Source: Tubulanus polymorphus
Lineage: Eukaryota; Animalia; Nemertea
DNA length: 64,000 nucleotides
Reading direction: 5' to 3'
NCBI RefSeq assembly: GCF_964204645.1
Contig: NC_134034.1
Coordinates: forward strand, 12,226,962 to 12,290,961
The position numbers were made by a program, and so were the translations under genes. Each line of letters starts with the position of its first letter. Within the stretch, counting starts at the first letter, position 1. The notes under the pieces were generated by a model. The model saw only the letters and a program-made list of their open reading frames with translations. It was not told the origin of the DNA and did not search any database. This document shows positions 1 to 11,500 of this stretch, one piece after another.

Positions 1-195
1 AGCTTTATTTGTTTGATAACGTAGTCGGGTCAGAAACGACTCAGTATTGTTAAATCTATACCATAAAATGAGAGGTCACAGTCTTTAAAGATATCTAACG
101 AAACCGCCCGAACTGGTTTTTAAGCCAAGCGTAGGTATTTCATTTTGTGCATCGCAGTTTTTAAGGATTTTTAACGAGGGTTTACTGGTGTTTTT

Positions 196-1833
196 ATGAT
201 GGGTATGCGTAGGCAGTTGTACGCGTTATGGATGATGTCTTTAGCCGCCAATTTTTTAACAATTACCCTGACCGTTGTCAACATTCACCTGTACGGTTTG
301 AACTGCAATACTTCATGCGCAGGTAAGAAGCGACTGCTTTCAAATAATATCGATTGTACATTCTAGAGTAGTACGCAAGAATAGTTTTTTAGTGGTTAAC
401 TTGATTTCATTGAAACTATCGCTAGTACATTGTAGTAGATAGTGGCTTCATCGGGTAGATGAGACCTGTTGCAGCTACAATGCACTTAAAGTAACTTGTG
501 TTCTAAAAACAATCAAGGTTACCTGCCGTTCTAACCAGTATTCGCGTTTATTGATTTAAGACGACTACAAATTCTAGACGAACACAATCAACCCTCATAT
601 GACGTTTGATGTCGTTGTTTTGCAGGTTGTGTGTCTTTAGTGTTAATCGTTATAACCGGTATTATCAGTGATATTCGCAGACGAGATCCCAGTGATTCTC
701 ACTCCTGGTCCAGTCTCTATCGTCAATACCGATGCGTAGTAATAACGCTTATCACCGGAAGATGGCGCTACGCTCAATTCACACGTCACTCGCTGGACGT
801 CGCCAAGCAACAAGAAGCCGTTCTTGTTGATCTGATGAGGGAAGCAAGTCACACAGAATACGGCAGGAAATTCAGATTCGCCAAAATTGACGACGTAAAG
901 AAATTCCGACAGCAGGTGCCACTGTCTAAATACGACAGTTACCGTGAACTGGTGGATAGGATGATAGAAACAGACGCCGGGGACCTGGTCAGTCCGGGTA
1001 AAGCCGTCAAATACGGTATGACGTCGGGAACTACAGGCAGGAGTAAACACATACCGTACAATAATAAAGCGTGGAAAATGCTGTTTAGTTATTATCATTA
1101 TTTCTTCAGGTACATTGAGTGCAAACACGATGTCACATCAAGAGTGGGTTTGGGAAAAATATTGGAGCTACGTATGTTACATCGACCGATTCTAAACCGC
1201 TTCGGTAGGGCAGTAGCTGGGGCATTAGTTTTACTAGGTGAACAGGCTTATTCGGTAAAACCGGACTGTATGCGAGGGCAAAAACTGAGTGAATCGGTAC
1301 AGATGTACATTCAGGCGCGGATTGCTTTACAAGAACCAAAACTACAATTCATACAAGGCTCATTCCCGACTATAATGCGCAGTTTCGTTTCCACGATCGA
1401 ATCTCGCTGGCAGGAAATCTGTGACGACATCGAACGCGGTACATTGACCGATAACCTCGACCTTGACATCGACCTGCGCCGTCAGATCGTCTGCCAACTG
1501 AAACCGGATAAAGCTCGCGCGGATGAACTGAGAATGTTGTTCGGTGAAGGTTTCGATAAGTTGCTCAGTCGTGTGTGGCCGGAGTTGCAGATGGTTGCAC
1601 AGGTGACGACTGGAGCGTTCACTCACGAGTCAGCTGTCATCAGAGCCAAATATCTGCACGATTCTGTAATGATGAAGTCTATAATGCACGGAGCTACTGA
1701 AGGTTTATATGGTATCACTATGCCTGGTGTTCCTGATGGTCATTATGTTCCGATGTTACATCTACAGTTTCTAGAATTTATACCTCGTAATGAATGTGAA
1801 CTCGACAAACCGACCACCAGACTAGCTCATCAG
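196..1833 (+). CDS. GH3-domain locus, 5' variable module A (exon 196-322 + exon 626-1833); no own 3' exons
   Basis: ATG at 196 opens MMGMRRQLYALWMMSLAANFLTITLTVVNIHLYGLNCNTSCA; donor G|GTAAG at 323 (phase 1); acceptor ttttgcag at 624-625 joins in frame to ORF 631-1878; GH3 motifs QVPLSKY, TSGTTGRSKHIP (P-loop), WPEL, HGATEG, FLEFIP; phase-0 donor CAG|GTTTCA after 1833. Confidence 0.85.
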
Positions 1834-2612
1834 GTTTCAAAAATATTTTTACATCACTCTATTGGTATATTACGTTAATTTATTTTTTTTTATTTTCATT
1901 CCTCATTTCCCAAGTCTTTATGTGTTTTTTTTCTCAGATAATGATTAAAATCAATATAGCTGCAAGGCAGCGATAACATGTTTTCTACGCCTCTTACATT
2001 TGAACTCAGGGGAATGACCATAGAATTTACAAGGTTTATAAGGTAGATTCATTGCCGGGAATTCGAAGCTGATAAGAGAAACTAATGGAGAATGTGACTG
2101 AAATGGATGTTTGATTCGGATATTCCCGGAGCATTCCATTTATTTTGGCACATGAATAATGCTCACAACACAAACAAACGAAGAGTTTGTGATTTCCTAC
2201 AGCAATTATATACCTACCTACGAGAATCCTTGAAATTGAAATATATAATAATTTCAAGTTTTACCTCATTTGTTGATGGTGTTCTGTTTCGTAAATAACG
2301 AGTTTAAAATAGGATGCATACCACATACATGGAATCCACTACTTCAGAGTGTCTGTTTTATTTTTGTCAGAATTTATTATCGCGCCAAGATGCTGCTACT
2401 AGTCGAATTTGATAGGACATTAATTTTTTAGAACGCTCGCGAAAGGGGAATGGAAAATGATATCACGAAAATAACAATAGTTTCCTGCGAAGTTATCAGT
2501 GATGATAATTTAATTTTCTTTTCTGCGCTCCACTGCGTTTCAGAGCAGTTTACATACTTAAGTAAAAAAGTGCTCGATGCTTTATAACGCAGTCCTGTCA
2601 GACAACTGGATA

Positions 2613-2865
2613 TACAGTCGACCTCGCAATAATCGTCAATTTAGGGACCGGCTCAAAAGTAACGATTCATCTAATTGACGGATTAAGTGCATTGTGACTT
2701 TCTGACTCATATCACCAGTCTTTGTTTTTCAATATCTACTATGAATGAATGAGAACATGCCAAGAGGTCGTCGTGATACATATATGTATCGATTTTCTGT
2801 GTGTATTTGCTACAAAGCTATAGGGTCTGCGTCAAGGCAATATGGGCTAATTATTGCGGCACCTG
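2613..2865. mobile_element. Degenerate Tc1/mariner-type MITE remnant (duplicated at ~8073-8325)
   Basis: TA|CAGTCGACCTCGCAATAAT start and a partly complementary ATTATTGCGGCACCTG end; absent from the homologous spacer after module B. Confidence 0.35.
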
Positions 2866-3069
2866 TTGATTAATATTCATTTGTGCATCGACGGTTTAAC
2901 TGATATCATTAAATTTACGTATGAGCAGTACTTATAAACGGACTAGATGTAGCAGTATTTATGCAATAAAATGACAGCTCGGTCGCTATAGATATCTAGC
3001 GAAACCGAACAGGTTTTCAGGCTAAAGGAGAATATTTCATTCTGTGACTGCGCGGTGTAAGGCGTTTTT

Positions 3070-4697
3070 ATGACGTTGGGTATGCACAGGCAGTTATACG
3101 CGTTATGGCTGATGTTTTTGACGGCCAGTTTTGTCACAATGATCTGGATCGCTGTCAATATTCACCTGTACGGTTTGAACTGCGATATTGTATGCGCAGG
3201 TAAGAAGCGACTGCTTTCAAATATTGATTATATCGATCGTAAATTCTAGACCAAAACACGTGAAGACTTATAGTAATTAGTAGGTAGATTGTATAAGTAA
3301 TTTTAGCTTCAAGTGCACAGTGGCTCAATCAGGTTTAATGAAACCCGGCGAAGCAGCAACTGGTCACTAGTAACGAAAGCTTGCATTTCTCGTGTTACCA
3401 GTCTTCGCGGTTATTGATTTAACACCTCTTCAAATTCTAGACGACCTCGATCAACCCCGATGTTAATGACCTTTGATGTTTTTGTTTCGCAGGTTGCGCA
3501 TGTTCAGTATTAGTCGTTATAACTGGTATTATCAGCGATATTCGCAGCCGAGATCCCAGTGATTCTCACTCCTGGTCCAGTCTCTATCACCAATACTACG
3601 ACGTAGTGAAAACAATGACCACCGGAAGATGGCGCTACGCTGAGTTCATACGTCACTCGCTAGACGTCGCCAAGCAACAAGAAGCCTTTCTAGTCGATCT
3701 GATGAGGGAAGCAAGTCACACAGAATACGGCAGAAAATTCAGATTCGCCGAAATAAACAACATAAAGAAATTCCGACAGCAGGTGCCACTGTCTAAATAC
3801 GACAGTTACCGCGAACTGGTAGATAGGATGATAGAAACAGACGCCGGGGACCTGGTCAGTCCGGGTAAAGCCATCAAATACGGTATGACGTCGGGAACTA
3901 CTGGCAAGAGTAAACACATACCGTACTGTTGTAGAGCGTGGAATTCACTCATGAACGATTTCTTCCCTTTACTGAGATACACTGAATACAAACACGGTAT
4001 GACTGCACGAGCGGGACTTCGTAAAATCCTCGAGATTCTTATTCTACAAAAACCGAATTTAAACCGTTTTGGTAAACCAGTTGCCGGTATAATGGCGCTA
4101 GTAGGCGAGCATGCTTATTCGTTAAAACCGGACTGTATGCGAGGACGGAAACTGAGTGAATCGGTACAGATGTACATTCAGGCGCGGATTGCTCTACAAG
4201 AATCAAAACTACAATTCATACAAGGCTCATTCCCGACTATTATGCGCAGTTTCCTTTCCACAATCGAATCTCGCTGGCAGGAAATCTGTGACGACATCGA
4301 ACGCGGTACATTGACCGATAACCTCGACCTTGACCTCAACCTGCACCGTCAGATCGTCTGCCAACTGAAGCCGGATAAAGCTCGTGCTGATGAACTGAGA
4401 ATGTTGTTCGGGGAAGGTTTTGATAAGTTGCTCAGTCGAATGTGGCCGGAGTTGCAGATGGTTGCACAGGTGACGACTGGAGCGTTCACTCACGAGTCAG
4501 CTGTCATCAGAGCCAAATATCTGCACGATTCTGTTATGATGCAGTCTGAGTACGGAGCTACTGAGGGCAAATATGGTATCACTATGCCAGGTGTTCCTGA
4601 TGGTCATTATGTTCCGATGTTACATCTACAGTTACTAGAATTTATACCTCGTAACGAATGTGAACTCGACAAACCGACCACCAGACTAGCTCATCAG
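3070..4697 (+). CDS. GH3-domain locus, 5' variable module B (exon 3070-3199 + exon 3493-4697); no own 3' exons
   Basis: ATG at 3070 (MTLGMHRQLYALWLMFLTASFVTMIWIAVNIHLYGLNCDIVCA); donor GTAAG at 3200; acceptor tttcgcag at 3491-3492 in frame with ORF 3606-4772; motifs TSGTTGKSKHIP and YGATEG; one codon shorter than A; donor CAG|GTTTAT after 4697. Confidence 0.85.
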
Positions 4698-5647
4698 GTT
4701 TATGAATATATTTTAATCATTTTACAAGTACTTCTTATCAATTTCGTTTTATATAATTTTTCCATTCCTTAGATTCTAAGCTTTTACCGGTTTGTTGTTT
4801 TTTTTTCACAGATAATGATTATGATTAATGCACCTGCTAAGCAACGATAAGCAGTTTTCCGCACCTTTTGCATATGAAGTTAAGGGATTGAAAAATTGCA
4901 AAAGATATTTATTGCCGGGGAATAAAACCTGATATTATAACTGTAGAAAATCGGTAATGTTACTGAAATGGATATCTGATTTGGGTATTCTCGGTTCCGT
5001 CCACTTACTTTGGCACGTGACTAATGTCACAAACGATCAATATCGTGCAGTAATTATATCCGAATCCACAACAGTACTTGAAACTGAATTTTCAAGTAAT
5101 TGTACGTTTGACCGTATTTCTGGGTGGTGTTTTGTTCCGTAAAATAAACATTTTAAAATAGGATGGACGGTACACATATTGAAACTACTGGTCCAGAAAG
5201 TGTGTTTTATTTTTGTCAAAATTTATTATTACGTTTAGAAGCTGTAACTAGTCGTGTGGACGAGGCACACGTTTTATAGAACGCTTGCTGCTTGGAAAGG
5301 AGATGAAAATGACAATCACGAAAATAAACATATTATAGAATTTTCTGCGAAGTGCTAATTACTGATGATGATTTCATTTCATTTTCTCTGCGCTCGACTA
5401 CGTTTCGTGGCGGTTTACATGTTCAAATGTCAATAAGTCAAAATCAAAAATAGCTTTATTTGTTTGATAACGTAGTCGGGTCAGAAACGACTCAGTATTG
5501 TTAAATCTATACCACAAAATGAGAGGTCACAGTCTTTAAAGATATCAAACGAAACCGCCCGAACTGGTTTTTAAGCCAAGCGAAGGTATTTCTTTTTATG
5601 CGACGCAGTTTTTAAGGATTTTTTAACGAGGGTTTACTGGTGTTTTT

Positions 5648-7287
5648 ATGATGGGTATGCGTAGGCAGTTGTACGCGTTATGGATGATGTCTTTAGCCGC
5701 CAATTTTTTAACAATTACCCTGACCGTTGTCAACATTCACCTGTACGGTTTGAACTGCAATACTTCATGCGCAGGTAAGAAGCGACTGCTTTCAAATAAT
5801 ATCGATTGTACATTCTAGAGTAGTACGCAAGAATAGTTGTTTTAGTGGTTAACTTGATTTCATTGAAAACTATCGCTACTACATTGTAGTAGATAGTGGC
5901 TTCATCGGGTAGATGAGACCTGTTGAAGCTACAATGCACTTAAAGTAACTTGTGTTCTAAAAACAATCAAGGTTACCTGCCGTTCTAACCAGTATTCGCG
6001 TTTATTGATTTAAGACGGCTACAAATTCTAGACGACCACAATCAACCCTCATATGACGTTTGATGTCGTTGTTTTGCAGGTTGTGTGTCTTTAGTGTTAA
6101 TCGTTATAACCGGTATTATCAGTGATATTCGCAGCCGAGTTCCCAGTGATTCTCACTCCTGGTCCAGTCTCTATCGTCAATACCGATGCGTAGTAATTAC
6201 GCTTATCACCGGAAGATGGCGCTACGCTCAATTTATACGTCACTCGCTGGACGTCGCCAATCAACAAGAAGCCTTCCTAGTCAATCTGATGAGGGAAGCA
6301 AGTCACACAGAATACGGCAGGAAATTCAGATTCGCCAAAATTGACGACGTAAAGAAATTCCGACAGCAGGTGCCACTGTCTAAATACGACAGTTACCGTG
6401 AACTGGTGGATAGGATGATAGAATCAGACGCCGGGGACCTGGTCAGTCCGGGTAAAGCCGTCAAATACGGTATGACGTCGGGAACTACAGGCAGGAGTAA
6501 ACACATACCGTACAATAATAAAGCGTGGAAAATGCTGTTTAGTTATTATCATTATTTCTTCAGGTACATTGAGTGCAAACACGATGTCACATCAAGAGTG
6601 GGTTTGGGAAAAATATTGGAGCTACGTATGTTACATCGACCGATTCTAAACCGCTTCGGTAGGGCAGTAGCTGGGGCATTAGTTTTACTAGGTGAGCAGG
6701 CTTATTCGGTAAAACCGGACTGTATGCGAGGACGGAAACTGAGTGAATCGGTACAGATGTACATTCAGGCGCGGATTGCTTTACAAGAACCAAAACTACA
6801 ATTCATACAAGGCTCATTCCCGACTATTATGCGCAGTTTCCTTTCCACGATCGAATCTCGCTGGCAGGAAATCTGTGACGACATCGAACGCGGTACACTG
6901 ACCGATAAACTCGACCTTGACATCGACCTGCGCCGTCAGATCGTCTGCCAGCTGAAGCCGGATAAAGCTCGCGCTGATGAACTGAGAATGTTGTTCGGCG
7001 AAGGTTTCGATAAGTTGCTCAGTCGCGTGTGGCCGGAGTTGCAGATGGTTGCACAGGTGACGACTGGAGCGTTCACTCACGAGTCAGCTGTCATCAGAGC
7101 CAAATATCTGAACAATTCTGTAATGATGAAGTCTATAATGCACGGAGCTACTGAAGGTTTATATGGTATCACTATGCCTGGTGTTCCTGATGGTCATTAT
7201 GTTCCGATGTTACATCTACAATTTCTAGAATTTATACCTCGTAACGAATGTGAACTCGACAAACCGACCACCAGACTAGCTCATCAG
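5648..7287 (+). CDS. GH3-domain locus, 5' variable module A' (exon 5648-5774 + exon 6080-7287); no own 3' exons
   Basis: Near-identical copy of module A about 5.45 kb downstream; same splice sites; ORF 6085-7332 intact; donor CAG|GTTTTT after 7287. Confidence 0.85.
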
Positions 7288-8533
7288 GTTTTTAAAATCT
7301 TTTTACATCACTCTATTGGTATATTTCGTTAATTTAGTTTTTTTATTTTCATTCCTCATTTCCCAAGTCTTTATGTGTTTTTTTTCTCAGAAAATGATTA
7401 AAATCAATATAGCTGCAAGGCAGCGATAACATGTTTTCTACGCCTCTTACATTTGAACTCAGGGGAATGACCATAGAATTTACAAGGTTTATAAGGTAAA
7501 TTCATTGCCGGGAATTCGAAGCTGATATTATAATTAGAGAAACTAATGGAGAATGTGACTGGAATGTATGTTTGATTCAGATATTCCAGGAGCATTCCAT
7601 TTATTTTGGCACATGAATAATGCTCACAACACAAACAAACGAAGAGTTTGTGATTTCCTACAGCAATTATATACCTACCTACGAGAATCCTTGAAATTGA
7701 AATATATAATAATTTCAAGTTTTACCTCATTTGTTGATGGTGTTCTGTTTCGTAAATAACGAGTTTAAAATAGGATGCATACCACATACATGGAATCCAC
7801 TAGTTCAGAGTGTCTGTTTTATTTTGTCAGAATTTATTATCGCGCCAAGATGCTGCTACTAGTCGAATTTGATAGGACATTAATTGTTTAGAACGCTCGC
7901 GAAAGGGGAATGGAAAATAATATCACGAAAATAACAATAGTTTCCTGCGAAGTTATCAGTGATGATGATTTAATTTTCTTTTCTGTGCTCCTCTGCGTTT
8001 CAGAGCAGTTTACATACCTAAGTAAAAAAGTGCTCGATGCTTTATAACGCAGTCCTGTCAGACAACTGGATATACAGTCGACCTCGCAATAATCGTCAAT
8101 TTAGGGACTGGCTCAAAAGTAACGATTCATCTAATTGACGGATTAAGTGCATTGTGACTTTCTGACTCATATCACCAGTCTTTGTTTTTCAATATCTACT
8201 ATGAATGAATGAGAACATGCCAAGAGGTCGTCGTGATACATATATGTATCGATTTTCTGTGTGTATTTGCTACAAAGCTATAGGGTCTGCGTCAAGGCAA
8301 TATGGGCTAATTATTGCGGCACCTGTTGATTAATATTCATTTGTGCATCGACGGTTTAACTGATATCATTAAATTTACGTATGAGCAGTGCTTATAAACG
8401 GACTAGATGTAGCAGTATTTATGCAATAAAATGACAGCTCGGTCGCTATAGATATCTAGCGAAACCAGCCGAACTGGTTTTCAGGCTAAATGACAATATT
8501 TCATTCTGTGACTGCGCGGTGTAAGGCGTTTTT

Positions 8534-11500
8534 ATGACGATGGGTATGCACAGGCAGTTGTACGCGTTATGGCTGATGTTTTTGACGGCCAGTTTTGTCA
8601 CAATGATCTGGATCGCTGTCAATATTCACCTGTACGGTTTGAACTGCGATATTGTATGCGCAGGTAAGAAGCGACTGCTTTCAAATATTGATTATATCGA
8701 TCGTAAATTCTAGATTAAAACACGTAAAGACTTATAGTAATTAGTAGGTTAACTCGATTTTATAAGTTTAGCTTCAAGTGCACAGTGGCTCAATCAGGTT
8801 TAATGAAACCCGGCGAAGCAGAAACTGGTCACTAGTAACGAAAGCTTGTATTTCTCGTGTTACCAGAGTTCGCGGTTATTGATTTAACACCTCTTCAAAT
8901 TCTAGACGACCTCGATCAACCCCGATGTTAATGACCTTTGATGTTTTTGTTTCGCAGGTTGCGCATGTTCAGTATTAGTCGTTATAACCGGTATTATCAG
9001 TGATATTCGCAGCCGAGATCCCAGTGATTCTCACTCCTGGTCCAGTCTCTATCACCAATACTACGACGTAGTGAAAACAATGACCACCGGAAGATGGCGC
9101 TACGCTGAGTTCATACGTCACTCGCTAGACGTCGCCAAGCAACAAGAAGCCTTTCTAGTCAATCTGATGAGGGAAGCAAGTCACACGGAATACGGCAGGA
9201 AATTCAGATTCGCCGAAATTGACGACGTAAAGAAATTCCGACAGCAGGTGCCACTGTCTAAATACGACAGTTACCGCGAATTGGTGGATAGGATGATAGA
9301 AACAGACGCCGGGGACCTGGTCAGTCCGGGTAAAGCCATCAAATACGGTATGACGTCGGGAACTACTGGCAAGAGTAAACACATACCGTACTCTTGTAGA
9401 GCGTGGAATTCACTCATGAAAGATTACTTCCCTTTACTGAGATACACTGAATACAAACACGGTATGACTGCACGAGCGGGGCTTCGTAAAATCCTCGAGA
9501 TTCTTATTCTGCAAAAGCCGAATTTAAACCGTTTTGGTAAACCAGTTGCCGGTATAATGGCGCTAGTAGGCGAGCATGCTTATTCGTTAAAACCGGACTG
9601 TATGCGAGAGCACAAACTGAGTGAATCGGTACAGATGTACATTCAGGCGCGGATTGCTTTACAAGAACCAAAACTACAATTCATACAAGGCTCATTCCCG
9701 ACTATTATGCGCAGTTTCGTTTCCACGATCGAATCTCGCTGGCAGGAAATCTGTGACGACATAGAACGTGGTACATTGACCGACAAACTCGACCTTGACA
9801 TCGACCTGCGCCGCCGGATCGTCTGCCAACTGGAGCCGGATAAAGCTCGCGCTGATGAACTGAGAATGTTGTTCGGTGAAGGTTTCGATAAGATGCTCAG
9901 TCGCGTGTGGCCGGAGTTGCAGATGGTTGCACAGGTGACGACTGGATCGTTCACTTCTGAATCGGCTGTCATCAGAGCCAAATATCTGAACGATTCTGTA
10001 ATGATGAAGTTTACCGTGCACGGAGCTACTGAGGGCAAATATGGTATCACTATGCCAGGTGTTCCTGATGGTCATTATGTTCCGATGTTACATCGACAGT
10101 TTCTAGAATTTATACCTCGTAACGAATGTGAACTCGACAAACCGACCACCAGACTAGCTTATCAGGTTCACGCAAACATGCATATTTTCATTTTCTATAT
10201 CAAGAAGGTTCAATTCAATTACGCTTTATCGAGGTTCCTTGAAAAGTCATTTCAGATTAAGCTTATGACCGAGCAAAAAGTCATTTTTATCCATAAAACA
10301 TATATTTTAAAGGGTCCATGAGCACAGTGTAAAGTCATTGATCGGTTGCAAATATTCCAAATGCATATTTTTCTAGAAACACAATTTTTGCGTTCTTCAC
10401 AAGTGCGTTGCGTGAATATTCTGTTATTTCATTTTGTTCTCCTGCCGATGACTTATATTACTTTTGGCCGAAATTTTGCTCGAAATATATACCACAGAGC
10501 TTTTCACTTTTGGCTGAATCTATTCTGGGATTTCCCTCTTCATCGTACACGGATAATGTGTATCTTCTCCACCCATGTATTAACTAATAACTATGATTTC
10601 TATTTTTGGTATAGTTAGTCGAGGATGAAGAATATGAAGTTGTCAGTACAGGAATGAATGGTGTTTACAGATATAGGACCGGGGACGTGGTTAAAGTGAA
10701 AGGTTACTGGAATCAGTTACCAGTTTATCGTATAGAATACAGGTAAACTCCCGAAAACATGGCTGCCAACATAAGTCCCATTACGACATCAACGTCAAAA
10801 CACTCTTGATTGGTCGCTTCCACAATCCCTCTTCGGCATCATGTGACCACTCGTCACGAATTTCAATCTTGTATTTTTTTTCTCTCGAAGGTTGGGTCAA
10901 CTTTTGAATTTGTTTTGGGAGAAGACACCAGAGGGCGTATTTCAAGCAGCTATCGACGCAACAATGGGCGAATTGACGGAGGTCGAACTGGTCAGTTACA
11001 CGGCAACCGAGAACATACACTGGCAGGCGATTACTGGAGAAGGTGAGTTTGAAATATATACAAGGGCAGTTTTGCAGTCATGGTTTGGAGTGAAGACCAG
11101 TCTAAGACGAACTTGGTTCCATAGCTAATCGAACCAATCTAAGCTAATTGCGGTCATAAAGCCATTCTAAAAATTTCTTAGTTACCGAATCGTTAGTGGT
11201 AAGTTTTTTGCAATCAGATGGGCTTATACCAATATGTGGTTTGTGAAAATATCCGATCGTGCGTGAAACTATACCACAGGACATGTTACTCACTAGACCA
11301 GTCTAAAACCAGCATAGTCCTATAGCCGATCTAACAACTTGAGCTAAGTCTAAGCTCACTTTGGTTCTATAGCCAATCTAACAGCTTAAGACCAGTTTAA
11401 ACTCATTTTGGTTCTACAACCAATCTAACAACTTAAAACTAGCCCTTTTAAGATATTTAAACCAATTTGTAGTGAAGTCACGTTGACTGTGATGCAACGA

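Larger units (their letters stand above)
1..10165 (+). repeat. Tandem segmental duplication, period ~5.45 kb (A+B unit), built from an older ~2.6-2.9 kb A/B duplication
   Basis: Window start agctttatttgtttgataacgtagtcggg recurs at 5452; 1-4697 aligns to 5452-10165 at high identity including introns and spacers; the spacers after A and after B share only degraded homology blocks. Confidence 0.95.

Noticed and set aside
424-486. miR-33-like sequence (minus strand GTGCATTGTAGCTGCA) in a 12-bp stem within module A intron 1
   Set aside because: Stem too short and loop too long for a pre-miRNA; the match decays in copy A' and is absent from B-type introns; miR-33 normally lies in SREBP introns
1-10165. 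A+B and A'+B' as two haplotypes mis-assembled in tandem
   Set aside because: Disfavoured but not excluded: B and B' differ at motif II and have unrelated downstream introns (B is followed by a spacer homologous to the one after A), which is not expected for alleles; spanning reads are still needed
631-10321. Treating ORFs 631-1878, 3606-4772, 6085-7332 and 9071-10321 as four intronless complete genes
   Set aside because: They start at GTG just after splice acceptors, lose mutual similarity exactly at the CAG|GT donor, and lack motif III and the C-terminal domain; they are internal exons read into introns
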